36,468 bases of DNA. Source: a virus (Duplodnaviria; Caudoviricetes). Shown here in pieces: positions 36,455 to 36,468 of the stretch (positions within the stretch are counted from its first letter, which is position 1; each line of letters opens with the position of its first letter). The position numbers and the translations under genes were made by a program. The notes beneath the pieces are model-generated. The model was not told the origin of the DNA. It searched no databases and saw nothing but the letters and a program-made list of their open reading frames with translations. Location of the stretch: IMG/VR virus record IMGVR_UViG_3300032335_001107, positions 1 through 36,468 of that record. The stretch is one strand, 5' to 3'.

Positions 36455-36468
36455 GATTGACTCAAACC
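36455..36468 (+). repeat. Right terminal direct repeat GATTGACTCAAACC
   Basis: Identical to 1-14. Confidence 0.8.

Larger units (their letters stand above)
1..36468. mobile_element. Complete tailed phage genome (lambda-like cos/head module plus Mu-like contractile tail), no integrase
   Basis: Full ordered set of packaging, head, tail, baseplate, replication and lysis-like genes, no host genes, identical 14-nt ends. Confidence 0.93.

Noticed and set aside
1-36468. Apparent abundance of GATC/GGATC sites
   Set aside because: Not counted; needs an observed/expected Markov calculation and may reflect Gly-Ser and Asp-Pro codon usage

Overview
The window is an apparently complete, very AT-rich tailed phage genome (contractile tail) of 36,468 bp. 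It is bounded by an identical 14-nt terminal repeat (GATTGACTCAAACC) that lies in a near-palindrome just upstream of the small terminase gene, which fits lambda-type cohesive ends. The + strand (124-19976) carries a lambda-like packaging and head module: Nu1/GpA terminase, gpW, portal, S49 protease with a nested scaffold, decoration protein and gpE-type capsid. This is joined to a Mu-like contractile tail: sheath, tube, chaperone with a -1 frameshift, tape measure, gpN, gp44-48 baseplate and a short fibre. The - strand (19973-35737) carries RecT/YqaJ, a PC4-like SSB, SF2 helicase, VRR-NUC, HTH and RHH regulators, a primase-helicase, a short C5-methyltransferase-like gene, an array of small paralogous ORFs, ThyX plus DUF3310, and lysis-like genes (C39-type endolysin, holin-like genes, a candidate unimolecular spanin) scattered over about 7.5 kb. 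An iteron-flanked (TA)n region at about 35.9-36.3 kb is a candidate replication origin. I found no integrase, DNA polymerase, tRNA or CRISPR array. The tail fibre tentatively suggests a Leptospira/spirochaete host. All product calls come from motif recognition and synteny, not database searches.
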